Of a stretch of 32,000 nt of DNA, positions 1-9,112 are shown piece after piece (position 1 is the stretch's first letter; every line of letters begins with the position of its first letter). Under the pieces are notes generated by a model that saw only the letters and a list, made by a program, of their open reading frames with translations, searched no databases and had not been told where the DNA came from. The translations under genes and the position numbers were made by a program. This stretch comes from Allobaculum fili (GTDB lineage: Bacteria > Bacillota_I > Bacilli_A > Erysipelotrichales > Erysipelotrichaceae), in the NCBI RefSeq assembly GCF_020969955.1, contig NZ_JAHDSX010000024.1, positions 3,084-35,083 of the forward strand, read 5' to 3'.

Positions 1-440
1 AGCGCGATGGCTTTCAGCGAATTTGGAACGGTGTTCGTACGGCCAATCTGCTTCAGTCGTTCTTCATCAAAGGTCTGCAGACCGATCGAAACGCGATTGA
101 CTCCAGCTTCTCGATACAGCCGGAGCTTTTCTTTAGTGATCGATTCGGGATTGACCTCAACCGTCCACTCCGTATTTTCATTTGCAAAGTACTTAAACAG
201 CTCGAGCAGCCGTTTTGTCTGTGAAAGATTCAGCACGCTGGGCGTACCTCCTCCAAAATAGAGCGTCTGAAAGCGAAAATCCGGATGGTTCTGCTTCAGC
301 GGTCCAAGTTCAGCTTCCACTTCGCTTTGCAGGGCGTCGAGCCACGTATCGACAAGTTCAAGCCGGGCACTTTTGGCAAAGGCACAGTAGGAACAGATCG
401 AGGAGCAGAACGGAACGTGAACGTAAGCCGAAGGGATCAT
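1..440 (-). CDS. hemW: Radical SAM protein HemW / HemN-like (N-terminal part; gene continues beyond window start)
   Basis: Manual reverse translation from ATG at 440..438 gives [26 protein letters not shown]...[11 protein letters not shown]...[19 protein letters not shown]. It has the CxxxCxxC radical-SAM motif and a GGGTP motif. The start overlaps the lepA stop (ATGA). lepA-hemN/hemW synteny is classic in Firmicutes. Confidence 0.8.
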   Translation of the reverse strand, partial: MIPSAYVHVPFCSSICSYCAFAKSARLELVDTWLDALQSEVEAELGPLKQNHPDFRFQTLYFGGGTPSVLNLSQTKRLLELFKYFANENTEWTVEVNPESITKEKLRLYREAGVNRVSIGLQTFDEERLKQIGRTNTVPNSLKAIA

Positions 441-2242
441 TTGTCGTCATCCATGCTTAGAACGGCCATGAAGGCTTCCTGCGGAATTTCGACGCTGCCG
501 ACCATCTTCATGCGCTTCTTTCCTTCCTTCTGCTTTTCGAGAAGTTTTTTCTTTCGGGAAATATCGCCGCCGTAGCATTTTGCCAGAACGTTTTTGCGCA
601 GCGCCTTGATGTTGGTACGGGCGATGACCTTGGAACCGATCGCTGCCTGGACCGGAATTTCAAACTGCTGTCTGGGAATCAGATCTTTCAGCTTGACAGC
701 CATCGCGTTGCCGCGCGCGTAAGCGAAATCCTTGTGGACGATGATGCTCAGCGCATCGACCGGCTGACCGTTCAGCAGGATGTCGAGTTTCTGCAGATCG
801 CTCTTTCGATAGCCGGAGAACGTGTAGTCAAAGCTGGCGTAGCCTTTGGTAGAACTTTTCATGCGGTCGAAAAAGTCGAAGATGACTTCCGAAAGCGGCA
901 TTTCATAAATGAGTTCCATGCGGGTGTCGTCGATCATCTGCAGATCAATGTACTCGCCGCGCTTTTTCTGGCAGAGATCCATCATCGTGCCGACGTATTC
1001 TTTCGGAACGAGAATTTCCGCTTTTACGTACGGTTCTTCGATCCAGTCAATGTTCTGCGCGGGCGGAAGAGCGGCCGGGTTGTCAACTTCTTCCACCGTG
1101 CCGTCGGTTTTATGAACCTGATAAATTACCGACGGACTGGTCGCAATCAGATTGAGGTTATACTCACGCTCCAGACGCTCTTCGACAACGTCCATGTGCA
1201 GCAGGCCTAAAAAGCCGCAGCGAAAGCCAAAGCCAAGCGCCTGCGATGTTTCGGGCTCAAACTGAAGGGACGCATCGTTGAGCTGCAGCTTTTCGAGCGC
1301 TTCCTTTAAATCGTCATAACGGGCATTGTCGACTGGATACAGACCGGCGTACACCATCGGCTGCATTTCCTTATAGCCGTGCAGCGGCGCGTCCGCCGGC
1401 TGATCGGCGAGCGTAATCGTATCGCCGACCCGCACGGTTTTAATGTCCTTAACCGAAGCAGCAACCCAGCCGACATCGCCGGCGGAGAGCTTTTCCTTGT
1501 TTAAAAGCTTGGGCGTACGAACGCCGAGTTCCGTGACTTCGTATTCGGCTTTGGACTGCATCAGACGAATGCGGTCGCCGACTTTGAGTTCGCCGTTTTT
1601 GACGGAAACCCAGGCGATAACGCCTTTGTACGGATCGTAAACGGAGTCAAAGACGAGCGCCTGCAGCGGCTTGTCCTTGGAACCGGTCGGCGCCGGAAGC
1701 TTGTTGACGATTTCTTCGAGAACCTTATCGACGTTCAGGCCGGATTTGGCTGAAATTTCCACCGCTTCCGAGCAGTCGAGGCCGATCAGGTTTTCAATTT
1801 CCTGTTTAACGACTTCCGGCTGGGCGCTTGGAAGGTCAACTTTATTGAGGACGGGAAGTATTTCCAGGTCGTTTTCCAGGGCCAGATAGACGTTGGCCAT
1901 CGTCTGGGCCTGCACGCCCTGTGCCGCATCCACGACGAGAATGGCGCCTTCGCAGGCGGCCAGCGATCGGGACACTTCATACGAGAAGTCGACGTGACCC
2001 GGTGTATCGATCAGATGAAAGAGATAGTCTTCCCCGTTTTTTGCGTGATAAACCAGTTCAACGGCGTTGAGCTTAATGGTGATGCCACGCTCACGCTCCA
2101 GATCCATGGAGTCGAGAATCTGCGACTTCATTTCCCTCTTTTCCACCGAATCCGTCAGTTCGAGGATGCGGTCGGCCAGAGTGGATTTTCCATGGTCAAT
2201 GTGGGCAATAATTGAAAAATTACGAATGTGCTGTTGATCCAA
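437..2242 (-). CDS. lepA: Translation elongation factor 4 (LepA)
   Basis: ORF 437..2287 contains [32 protein letters not shown] and the LepA C-terminus [13 protein letters not shown] favour the TTG start at 2242 because GGGGGA lies 5 nt upstream and it gives a typical N-terminal length. The ATG at 2287 has no SD and would overlap fmt by 68 nt, but cannot be excluded. Confidence 0.95.
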   Translation of the reverse strand: MDQQHIRNFSIIAHIDHGKSTLADRILELTDSVEKREMKSQILDSMDLERERGITIKLNAVELVYHAKNGEDYLFHLIDTPGHVDFSYEVSRSLAACEGAILVVDAAQGVQAQTMANVYLALENDLEILPVLNKVDLPSAQPEVVKQEIENLIGLDCSEAVEISAKSGLNVDKVLEEIVNKLPAPTGSKDKPLQALVFDSVYDPYKGVIAWVSVKNGELKVGDRIRLMQSKAEYEVTELGVRTPKLLNKEKLSAGDVGWVAASVKDIKTVRVGDTITLADQPADAPLHGYKEMQPMVYAGLYPVDNARYDDLKEALEKLQLNDASLQFEPETSQALGFGFRCGFLGLLHMDVVEERLEREYNLNLIATSPSVIYQVHKTDGTVEEVDNPAALPPAQNIDWIEEPYVKAEILVPKEYVGTMMDLCQKKRGEYIDLQMIDDTRMELIYEMPLSEVIFDFFDRMKSSTKGYASFDYTFSGYRKSDLQKLDILLNGQPVDALSIIVHKDFAYARGNAMAVKLKDLIPRQQFEIPVQAAIGSKVIARTNIKALRKNVLAKCYGGDISRKKKLLEKQKEGKKRMKMVGSVEIPQEAFMAVLSMDDDK

Positions 2243-3176
2243 ATGAATCCCCCGCTTTCTTATCGAGCAGGCTTCTGCCTTTTCCATTTAAAAAATCGGC
2301 GGACTTCATGGCAGGCTTTCCTTCAAGCTGCACTTCATCGAGCAGAAACAGTCCTTCGTGTCCGCCCATGGCAAACTGTTTCTTTCCTTTTTTGGTAAAG
2401 ACGCCGATGCCTGGGGTTTCGCCCGGTTCGTAGCGTACTTCGAGAATCTTGAGCTTTTTGCCATCGGCGATGACATAGGCTCCAGGTTCTCTGGACAGGG
2501 CACGGATCTGGCAGCAGATCTGACGATCATCCCTGCTCAGATCGACCTTTTCGTCTTCCGGCAATATTTTCTGCGCGTACATAGCCTTGCATGCATCCTG
2601 CTTTTGGAAGACGAGTTCGCCTTTCAGCAGAGCAGGCAGATTTTTTACGATCAGCTTTCCGGCGGCTTCGCCCATTTTCTTAAAGAGCGTAGTCGAGGTT
2701 TCGCAGCTGTCGATTGGAATTTCAATACTGTCCGCGACCGGACCGGTATCCATTCCCTTTTCCATGAGCATGAGACACATACCGGTTTTGGGACAGCCGT
2801 CCCAGATCGCCCTTTGAATGGGAGCCGCTCCGCGGTATAACGGAAGCAGCGATCCGTGGAGATTGACGCACCCCTGTTTCGGTGCGTTCAGAACGCCTTC
2901 GGGGACGATCTGTCCGTAGGCGCAGGTTACGATCAGATCTGCATGGCAGTCTTCGATCGGTTTGTAGTCTTTGGAAATCTTCTCAGGTGAAAAGACGGGC
3001 AGGCCATGTTCAAGAGCAAGCTGTTTTACTTCGCAGGGCTGCAGTATGCCCTTGCGTCCTACCTTGCGGTCGGGCTGGGTAACTACGAGCACAATATTTG
3101 CCTTGTCATCAATCAGAGCCTGGAGAACATCCGCGGCAATTTGCGGGGTTCCCATAAAAATAATGCGATTTTCCAT
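2220..3176 (-). CDS. fmt: Methionyl-tRNA formyltransferase
   Basis: [18 protein letters not shown]..., [21 protein letters not shown] and a C-terminal [14 protein letters not shown] are typical of Fmt. ATG at 3176 is preceded by AAAGGAGGG (7-nt spacer). The 5' 8 codons of the tracked ORF are probably not translated. Confidence 0.92.
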   Translation of the reverse strand: MENRIIFMGTPQIAADVLQALIDDKANIVLVVTQPDRKVGRKGILQPCEVKQLALEHGLPVFSPEKISKDYKPIEDCHADLIVTCAYGQIVPEGVLNAPKQGCVNLHGSLLPLYRGAAPIQRAIWDGCPKTGMCLMLMEKGMDTGPVADSIEIPIDSCETSTTLFKKMGEAAGKLIVKNLPALLKGELVFQKQDACKAMYAQKILPEDEKVDLSRDDRQICCQIRALSREPGAYVIADGKKLKILEVRYEPGETPGIGVFTKKGKKQFAMGGHEGLFLLDEVQLEGKPAMKSADFLNGKGRSLLDKKAGDSFGSTAHS

Positions 3177-3227
3177 TTGTCGGCCCTCCTTTCGGATCAC
3201 TATTATAAACGATAGTTATCCCTTTTG

Positions 3228-3256
3228 TTGCATCTCATAATTGGGTTTGCTATAAT
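3228..3256 (+). promoter_or_regulatory. Sigma-A type promoter of rpsT (TTGCAT - 17 nt - TGcTATAAT, extended -10)
   Basis: -35 TTGCAT at 3228-3233, 17-nt spacer, TG at 3248-3249, TATAAT at 3251-3256, 30 nt upstream of the rpsT start. Confidence 0.7.
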
Positions 3257-3285
3257 TTCAAAGCATTATGTCAGGAGGTGTCACC

Positions 3286-3549
3286 ATGCCGCAGATCAAA
3301 CAGCAGAAAAAGCGTGTTCTCACGAATAATAAAGCTAGAAGCCGCAATGTTTCGCAGAAATCCGCTCTCAAAACTGCCATTAAGAAAGTTCTTAAAGCTG
3401 TAGAAGCACAGGATAAAGAAGCAGCCCAGGCAGCTTACGCACAGGCTTGCTCCAAGCTTGATAAAGCTGTTGCCAAAGGTTTCAAGCATAAAAATTATGC
3501 TTCCAACCAGAAATCAAGACTGGCACAGGCTGTCAACTCCATTCAGTAA
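3286..3549 (+). CDS. rpsT: 30S ribosomal protein S20
   Basis: MPQIKQQKKRVLTNNKARSRNVSQKSALKTAIKKV... is basic and alanine/lysine rich, and 87 aa long. AGGAGG lies 7 nt upstream of ATG 3286. The in-frame upstream start at 3268 lacks an SD. Confidence 0.95.
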   Translation: MPQIKQQKKRVLTNNKARSRNVSQKSALKTAIKKVLKAVEAQDKEAAQAAYAQACSKLDKAVAKGFKHKNYASNQKSRLAQAVNSIQ

Positions 3550-3559
3550 AATGAGAAAC

Positions 3560-3607
3560 ACGATATCCGATTGAAAGCTTAGCGTGATCCGTCGATATCG
3601 TTTTTTT
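3560..3607 (+). terminator. Rho-independent terminator after rpsT
   Basis: ACGATATC (3560-3567) pairs with GATATCGT (3594-3601) and is followed by a T7 run (3601-3607). Confidence 0.7.
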
Positions 3608-3637
3608 ATTTTGATATACAATCCGTAAATCAGCCGT

Positions 3638-3680
3638 AAAAAAGGAACCCGATCGTGTAAACACATCGCGTTCCTTTTTC
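3638..3680 (-). terminator. Rho-independent terminator after holA
   Basis: On the minus strand GAAAAAGGAAC...GTTCCTTTTTT: a GGAAC/GTTCC stem with further inner pairing, followed by a U-run, 37 nt past the holA stop. Confidence 0.7.
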
Positions 3681-3716
3681 ATTTGGCAAAATTTTGATAT
3701 TCGCATACCGCGCGGA

Positions 3717-4655
3717 TTAAATTTCCTGCGCTCCCACCTGCAAAATAAAGTTTTCAAAGCCGGCGTCCTTGTCGATCCGCCCGCTTTTCATGCTTTCATC
3801 CAGCCGGCTGAGCCAGGCGAGATCATCGAGCAGCTGATCGGCCCGGAAGCGACGCGCGTTTCGCATCGAGTTCCAGATCCGCCCGGAAGAAGCGTTCAGA
3901 ATTTTCATCATGTCATTCTGACTGCGGCCTTCGTCCATGAGTACGCGAACCTGATAGACAAATCGAATCTGGCTGGCCAGCAGAGCGAGAATCGCGATCG
4001 GCTCCATATTCTGCCGTCGAAAATTCCGGTACAGGCCAAGCAGGCGGACTTTATCTTTTTCGAAGAGGGCATCTGTCATTTTAAAGACGTTCGTTGCCGG
4101 TTCGACGGTGGTCATCGCCTTCACATCCCCCATAGAAAGGTGATTCGAATAGAGCGCCATCTTGTCGAGCTGCATGGAAAGGTTCGAGGAAGAATAGCCG
4201 GCGTGCGCGCAAAACCATTCAAACGCACCCGGATCCATCGTAATCCCCTTTTCCTTCATCATTTCCCTTACTTCCGCCGGCTGTGTCTTTTCAGTCAGAC
4301 CGATGCATTCGATCACGGTCGAATTGGTCGCCAGCGTCTTGATCGCCTTTTTACGGGTATCGATCTTTTTGGAATGACAGAGGAAAACAACAACTTTATC
4401 GTCCGGCTTGCGTTCAGCGACTTTTGCCGGATCGACGCCAGAATCGTTTTTTGCACCAAGAAAAGAGGCGTTATCCACGATCAGGAGCGTTTTCGTTCCA
4501 AACAGATTCATCGTATCCATCTCAAACAGAAGTGCCGCTTCCCCATCCGCTTTCGCATCGATGCGAACGGTCTCTTCGCATTTCTCCTTTTCGCGGATCT
4601 TTTCGAGCTTATACTGCATTCTCGCTTCGTCTTCACCGACCAGAATATACATCAT
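3717..4655 (-). CDS. holA: DNA polymerase III delta subunit
   Basis: MMYILVGEDEARMQYKLEKI... has the typical HolA N-terminus (xIYLxxGED). Length is 312 aa. It is adjacent and convergent to rpsT, as in B. subtilis. GAGGGTG lies upstream of ATG 4655. The 47-codon 5' extension of the tracked ORF (to 4796) lacks an SD. Confidence 0.85.
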   Translation of the reverse strand: MMYILVGEDEARMQYKLEKIREKEKCEETVRIDAKADGEAALLFEMDTMNLFGTKTLLIVDNASFLGAKNDSGVDPAKVAERKPDDKVVVFLCHSKKIDTRKKAIKTLATNSTVIECIGLTEKTQPAEVREMMKEKGITMDPGAFEWFCAHAGYSSSNLSMQLDKMALYSNHLSMGDVKAMTTVEPATNVFKMTDALFEKDKVRLLGLYRNFRRQNMEPIAILALLASQIRFVYQVRVLMDEGRSQNDMMKILNASSGRIWNSMRNARRFRADQLLDDLAWLSRLDESMKSGRIDKDAGFENFILQVGAQEI

Positions 4656-4849
4656 GGCTGCACCCTCATTTCCTGACTGCCTGTTTCCATTCTCCAGAAG
4701 GAGAATTCGAATTGCCTCTATTGTACCGGTCCTCTTCTCGAAAGCCAAAATCGACCCATCGCAGGGCTGGGTCAGGAACCGTTGACCCGAAGCCAATTCT
4801 CCTCGCCTGCTCTCCGCCTGTTCCTCGCTCTCCTCTCTGTTTCCTGAAG

Positions 4850-4877
4850 AAAAAAGGACCTGCCAAAGCGCAGATCC
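4850..4877 (-). terminator. Rho-independent terminator after the SatP-like gene
   Basis: Minus strand GGAUCUGC-GCUUUG-GCAGGUCC followed by U6, 43 nt after the stop at 4920. Confidence 0.7.
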
Positions 4878-4919
4878 GAAAAAGGTACAAAAAGAAAAGC
4901 AGCTTGTTCTTTCCGTCGA

Positions 4920-5573
4920 TCAGATTCTTGGCCCCTGCCAGAGATGCCGGCCGTACTGGGCATACATTTCGCTCATTCCCTGATACAGCGAAAGAATGGC
5001 GAACACGAACAGCAGCCAGGCGGAAAGCTGGGAAAGAAACGGAACAGAGAGCAGGTCGCCAAACGAACTGCTCAGAAAGCCAAGCGATACACAAAGATGA
5101 GCCACCCATACGTAAACGGGCGCATGCATCATCAGCGGCAGAAACGACAGCATGTATACGCCGCCCACCAGCAATACCACAGAAAGAATCCAGGGATGGA
5201 AATGAAGGTGACTAAGTTCTGCTGCGCTCCACGCGATCTGCGTCAGACCGTTTGCAAAGCCCAGAATAACAGAAAGAATCAGATTGATGTTTCCATGCGG
5301 ATCATCCCGAAGCAGATTCATACGGCTTCCGGTAAAAGCCGCCACGCCAAGTGAAAGCTGCAAAACGCCCATGACTAAGCGGGCATCCGGTGTAATCATG
5401 ACGATTTTAGACAGCCACGTCAGCGTGGCAAACATCGCAAAGACAAACTGCAGCGCCGGATCCGGTGAAGCGCCGCGCAGAATTCCCGGCTTTGTCATCG
5501 ACGAGGAAGAATCCGCCGCTTTGGGCAAAATATCGTTTTCCATTCTGGATGAAGGATCCATTTCGTTTTTCAT
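4920..5573 (-). CDS. Integral membrane protein, probable GPR1/FUN34/YaaH (SatP-like acetate/succinate channel) family
   Basis: 217 aa from ATG 5573, preceded by AAAGGAGGAG. About 6 hydrophobic segments. The N-terminal ASPDPALQF and C-terminal SLYQGMSEMYAQYGR resemble the NPAPLG and C-terminal regions of SatP as I recall them. Family assignment is from memory only. Confidence 0.55.
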   Translation of the reverse strand: MKNEMDPSSRMENDILPKAADSSSSMTKPGILRGASPDPALQFVFAMFATLTWLSKIVMITPDARLVMGVLQLSLGVAAFTGSRMNLLRDDPHGNINLILSVILGFANGLTQIAWSAAELSHLHFHPWILSVVLLVGGVYMLSFLPLMMHAPVYVWVAHLCVSLGFLSSSFGDLLSVPFLSQLSAWLLFVFAILSLYQGMSEMYAQYGRHLWQGPRI

Positions 5574-5840
5574 ATTTCTCCTCCTTTGCCGGTTTGGATA
5601 CGCCTGATTTTCTCTTTCGAATATTGAATTCTGGATTGGTCTGCACTCTGGTTTCCGTTCCAGAAATGCATTCTGGAAAAGGATGAGACAAAAAATGCGC
5701 AGAGAAACAGGCGCAGACAGGCGGCAGATCCAGATCGGGCTTTCGCTTCCATTATCCAGAACGAGCACAATCCCTTCCCTTACGGTGCCCGCTTTTGCCC
5801 GATCGGCGCCAGCCCCATCCAAAACACGTAAAGCTCCATA

Positions 5841-5878
5841 AGAAAAAGGCACTTCCTTTCCAGAGAAAAGAAATGCCT
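5841..5878 (-). terminator. Rho-independent terminator after greA
   Basis: Minus strand AGGCAUUUCUUU-loop-AAGGAAGUGCCU (12 bp including 2 G-U pairs) followed by UUUUCU. It starts about 30 nt after the greA stop. Confidence 0.75.
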
Positions 5879-5909
5879 GATGATTTTGAAATGGAGTCAG
5901 GATGAAAAA

Positions 5910-6380
5910 TCAGCTGACGGATTCGATGCGGACTTCGTAAGGTTCGTCAACGCCTTTAACGACAACCGTATCGCCGGCTTTTTTATCCATGATCGCTTTG
6001 ACAACCGGAGTTTCATTGGACACTTTGTGTTCGTAAATGTCCGCTTCGAATGTACCTACGATCGTAAAGCTGAACGTGGAGTTATCGGAAAGATCGCGGA
6101 TCGTTACGTTGGATCCAAGACGAACGTTTTTCGCGTCGCCGGTATCTTCTTCGATCAGAACCGCATTTTTGATAAGCGCTTCGAGTTCCTTGATACGGGC
6201 TGCTACACGGGCCTGACGGTCACGTGCAGCATCGTAGTCGGCGTTCTCGGACAAGTCACCCTGAGCACGGGCTTCCTGCAGTTCAACGATGACCTGCGGC
6301 TGAACGACATGAATCAGATCTTCAAGTTCGGCTTTATATTTGTCGAGACCTTCCTGGGTCAATAAAATCTTTTCTGCCAT
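5910..6380 (-). CDS. greA: Transcription elongation factor GreA
   Basis: MAEKILLTQEGLDKYKAELEDL...GDLSENADYDAARDRQ...; 156 aa; AAGGAG upstream. Confidence 0.96.
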   Translation of the reverse strand: MAEKILLTQEGLDKYKAELEDLIHVVQPQVIVELQEARAQGDLSENADYDAARDRQARVAARIKELEALIKNAVLIEEDTGDAKNVRLGSNVTIRDLSDNSTFSFTIVGTFEADIYEHKVSNETPVVKAIMDKKAGDTVVVKGVDEPYEVRIESVS

Positions 6381-6510
6381 TGATTATTTCTCCTTACCTT
6401 ATGCCATACAACAGACGTACGCTGTTTTCTGACGTATGTATTTCCTGCCGATTCCAAATGCAGAACGGGCAGTCGAAACAGGTGAATTGTACCACAGCCT
6501 CAAAACCGAC

Positions 6511-7596
6511 TTAGTAATTGAGGTTGTATTTTTCCACGTTTTCGAGATGCTCTTCGTAAGTTCGTGCAAAATGCGTCGCGCCGTCTCCATAAATGTCGCT
6601 GACAAAATAGAGATAGTCGTTATCCGCTGGGGAAAGCGCCGCATCTAAAGCCGCTGCACCCGGATTGAGAATCGGTCCGATCGGCAGACCGTCATGCATA
6701 TAGGTGTTGTAGGGCGAATCGATATCGGCATTGGTTTCGCAGTCTTCCGGCTTTTCGAACTGGTCATACAGTGCGTAGCACACCGTGACGGAGCTCTGAA
6801 GCGGCATGCCCTGCTCGAGGCGGTTTTTAAACACGCCGGCGATATCAGGCATAATCGACGCATCGCCCGATTCAAACTGAACGACGCTCGCAAACGTAAC
6901 GATCTGCTGGACGCTCATCGAGGAGGCATCAAACTGCGCTTTATGTGCATCATAATATGCCTGGAACTGATCGAGCATCATGTAAGTGACCTGTTCGGCG
7001 CTCATGTCGAAATCCATGTAGTAGGTTTCCGGGTACAGATAGCCTTCGAGTTTTACAAAATACTGATCGTTGCAGACTTCCTCGGGATTGAGGAAGGAAT
7101 AGCGCGTACTCGCCTGCTGAATGAACTCATTGCTGTTCCACAGATCGAGAAGCTGATCCGCCGTCAGATCCGGCAGCGCTTCGCTGATTCGCTTGGCGAT
7201 ATCCTTGGCCCAGCTTCCTTCCGGAATCGTCACGACCGCATAGGAGGCGGCGAGATTGGCCGGATCGGAAAGATAGTCAAGGATTTCGGGAACGCTCATG
7301 TTTTTCGCGAGTTCGTACGTGCCCACGTAATAGGAAAAGCCATCGTGAATTTTGGAATACCATTCGGCTGCCGTCCGGTTTTTCAGAAGGCCGGCTTCGT
7401 CAAGCGACGTGAGAACTTCAGCGGCGCTTTCACCTTCGGTAACTTTAATCGCGATGGATTCGGTCTGGTCAGAAACGGGTTCAAGTCCGCTCTGAAACCA
7501 GAACCAGCCTCCGGCTCCTGCGGCAAGCACAAGAACCAGAAGGATGATGGTAACAGTTAGTCCGACGTGTGATTTGCGTTTTCTTACTTTTTTCAT
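6511..7596 (-). CDS. mltG: Endolytic murein transglycosylase MltG (YceG-like)
   Basis: N-terminal basic region plus a TM segment, and a C-terminal NTYMHDGLPIGPILNPGAAALDAALSPADNDYLYFV signature. Position matches B. subtilis yrrL. Confidence 0.9.
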   Translation of the reverse strand: MKKVRKRKSHVGLTVTIILLVLVLAAGAGGWFWFQSGLEPVSDQTESIAIKVTEGESAAEVLTSLDEAGLLKNRTAAEWYSKIHDGFSYYVGTYELAKNMSVPEILDYLSDPANLAASYAVVTIPEGSWAKDIAKRISEALPDLTADQLLDLWNSNEFIQQASTRYSFLNPEEVCNDQYFVKLEGYLYPETYYMDFDMSAEQVTYMMLDQFQAYYDAHKAQFDASSMSVQQIVTFASVVQFESGDASIMPDIAGVFKNRLEQGMPLQSSVTVCYALYDQFEKPEDCETNADIDSPYNTYMHDGLPIGPILNPGAAALDAALSPADNDYLYFVSDIYGDGATHFARTYEEHLENVEKYNLNY

Positions 7597-7634
7597 TGCA
7601 GGAAAGACAGTACACTCCGTCAGGTCGACCTGAA

Positions 7635-7895
7635 CTAGTCTTCTGTTTCCTCCTCGTCGGTCGCAAAAGCGCCGATGACTTCTTCAACCATGTTCCATTC
7701 GTCATCGGTTTCGATCGGAATCAGTTCGCCTTCATCGTTATAGGCGGAAGCGAATACTTCCTCTTCCGTTCCCTGCGGATCCTGGAAGACGACGTACTGT
7801 TTTCCTGTGTTCGGATCGTCAAACGTAAACAGAATGACCATGCGTTTTTCTTCGCCGTTTTCATCAACGACGTACAGTGAATTCGAGTCAATCAT
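7635..7895 (-). CDS. DUF1292 (UPF0473, YrzB-like) protein
   Basis: 86-aa acidic protein: YVVDENGEEKRMVILFTFDDPNTGKQYVVFQD...DDEWNMVEEV. AAAGGAGAA upstream. Conserved position between ruvX and mltG. Confidence 0.85.
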   Translation of the reverse strand: MIDSNSLYVVDENGEEKRMVILFTFDDPNTGKQYVVFQDPQGTEEEVFASAYNDEGELIPIETDDEWNMVEEVIGAFATDEEETED

Positions 7896-8065
7896 CGCGG
7901 TTTCTCCTTTCAGCTCCCTCAGGCCTGAGGGGATTCCCCTTATTACAGCTTTCTTTTATTTCTTTCTTACTGATGAACAGAATTCAGGGCAGATGATTTT
8001 TCGCTTATTTGTGCAATCGTCTGCTTCCTTTTTTGACTGTTCCTGTTCATTGTACCGAAAACATT

Positions 8066-8088
8066 GCCAGATTCTAAACGAATCTGGC
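8066..8088 (-). terminator. Hairpin / possible partial terminator between ruvX and the DUF1292 gene
   Basis: Minus strand GCCAGAUUC-GUUUA-GAAUCUGGC followed by AAUGUUUUC. It is nested inside an outer 9-bp pairing, CUGUUCAUU (8090-8098) with AAUGAACAG (8043-8051). Confidence 0.4.
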
Positions 8089-8109
8089 GAATGAACAGAC
8101 ATGCATCAA

Positions 8110-8547
8110 TTAAAAAGGCATCACCAGTCCGCCGCTCTGGCGGTCGAGATAGCTCTGCAGAATCTGTACGGCGGCCATCTGGTCGATGATCTGCTTTCTT
8201 TTCTTGCGCTTTACGTTGCCGGAAATCAGGATCTTCTCTGCGGCGGCGGTCGTCAGACGCTCATCCCAGAGTTCCACCTGGATGCCTTCGGCTTCCAGCA
8301 GTTTGGCAAACTTTTCTGAAACCTGACCGCGAATGCCGATATCGCCGTTCATGTGGCGCGGCAGACCGAGTACGACTTTTTTAACGCCGTTTTCCCGGAT
8401 CACCTTCAGTACATCCTGCAAAGCCGCATCGTAGTCGTCCGGTGCAAAGCGGACCGTGGTCAGCGCTCTGGCGATCATGCCAAGCGGATCGCTGATCGAA
8501 ATGCCGCAGGTTACCGATCCAAGATCAAGTCCGATAATCCGTTCCAT
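8110..8547 (-). CDS. ruvX: Holliday junction resolvase-like protein RuvX (YqgF)
   Basis: MERIIGLDLGSVTCGISISDP...VVLGLPRHMNGDIG...; 145 aa. The start follows the ireB stop directly (TAAATG). Confidence 0.92.
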   Translation of the reverse strand: MERIIGLDLGSVTCGISISDPLGMIARALTTVRFAPDDYDAALQDVLKVIRENGVKKVVLGLPRHMNGDIGIRGQVSEKFAKLLEAEGIQVELWDERLTTAAAEKILISGNVKRKKRKQIIDQMAAVQILQSYLDRQSGGLVMPF

Positions 8548-8799
8548 TTATTTCTCCAGATACGCCCGGACGAGTTCTTCAATGATCTCATAGCGTTCAA
8601 TCTTCTGGATGGTATTTCTGGCATCTTTATAAGAAGAAATGTAGGCAGGATCGGAACTGATCAGATATCCTGCGATCTGGTTTTCGGAATTGTATCCGCG
8701 TTCCTCGAGTGCTTCAGAAACTTCGCGAAGAATCTTTTTGATGTTCTCACGACGGATTTTTTCCGTGGTAAACATCACGGTTTCAGTAATACGGGCCAT
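8548..8799 (-). CDS. ireB: IreB family regulatory phosphoprotein (UPF0297, YrzL-like)
   Basis: 83 aa: ...VSEALEERGYNSENQIAGYLISSDPAYISSYKDARNTIQKIERYEIIEELV. GAGGAGGG upstream. Lies between alaS and ruvX, as in other Firmicutes. Confidence 0.87.
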   Translation of the reverse strand: MARITETVMFTTEKIRRENIKKILREVSEALEERGYNSENQIAGYLISSDPAYISSYKDARNTIQKIERYEIIEELVRAYLEK

Positions 8800-8993
8800 A
8801 ATTTACCCTCCTCTATAATATTCTAATCATACACCAAGAAAAACAGGCTGAAAAGCAAGCGCCAAAAGCGCTCCAGAGACGTCAGGCGCGCAGTTTCCGC
8901 CCTTTTCCTGGATTCGAACTGCCTCCAGCATACCTTCTTTTGGACGCAGTCTTTCTTCTTTTGCCTGTTCCATTCGGACAGCGTCCGAACAAA

Positions 8994-9035
8994 GCAAGAG
9001 AAAAGCATGCAGGAAAACTCTCTTCGCTGCATGCT
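8994..9035 (-). terminator. Rho-independent terminator after alaS
   Basis: Minus strand AGCAUGCAG-14 nt-CUGCAUGCU followed by UUUCUCUUGCUUU, about 78 nt after the alaS stop. Confidence 0.65.
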
Positions 9036-9112
9036 TTCGTCTTGCCTAACGCATTGATTTTCGGCTTGTATAAAGCCGTTTTGGCTCTGTTGATTTTGTT
9101 ACTGATCCAGAA

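Noticed and set aside
4424-5215. 263-aa plus-strand ORF spanning the holA / SatP-like intergenic region
   Set aside because: R/P/S/K-rich translation. It crosses a minus-strand terminator and overlaps two well-supported minus-strand genes. It has no RBS.
5574-5852. 93-codon N-terminal extension of the SatP-like ORF, and a possible glycine riboswitch in the same region
   Set aside because: The extension has no RBS and begins inside the greA terminator. The glycine-riboswitch idea rested on GCGCCGAUCGGGCAA / GCACCGUAAGGGAA resembling CACCGAAGGGGCAA. However, the obligatory GGAGAG and CUCUCAGG elements and the P2 hairpin are missing.
8823-9032. 69-aa minus-strand ORF between alaS and ireB
   Set aside because: It overlaps the alaS terminator hairpin, has no RBS, and its composition is basic and cysteine-rich. 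It is likely non-coding.
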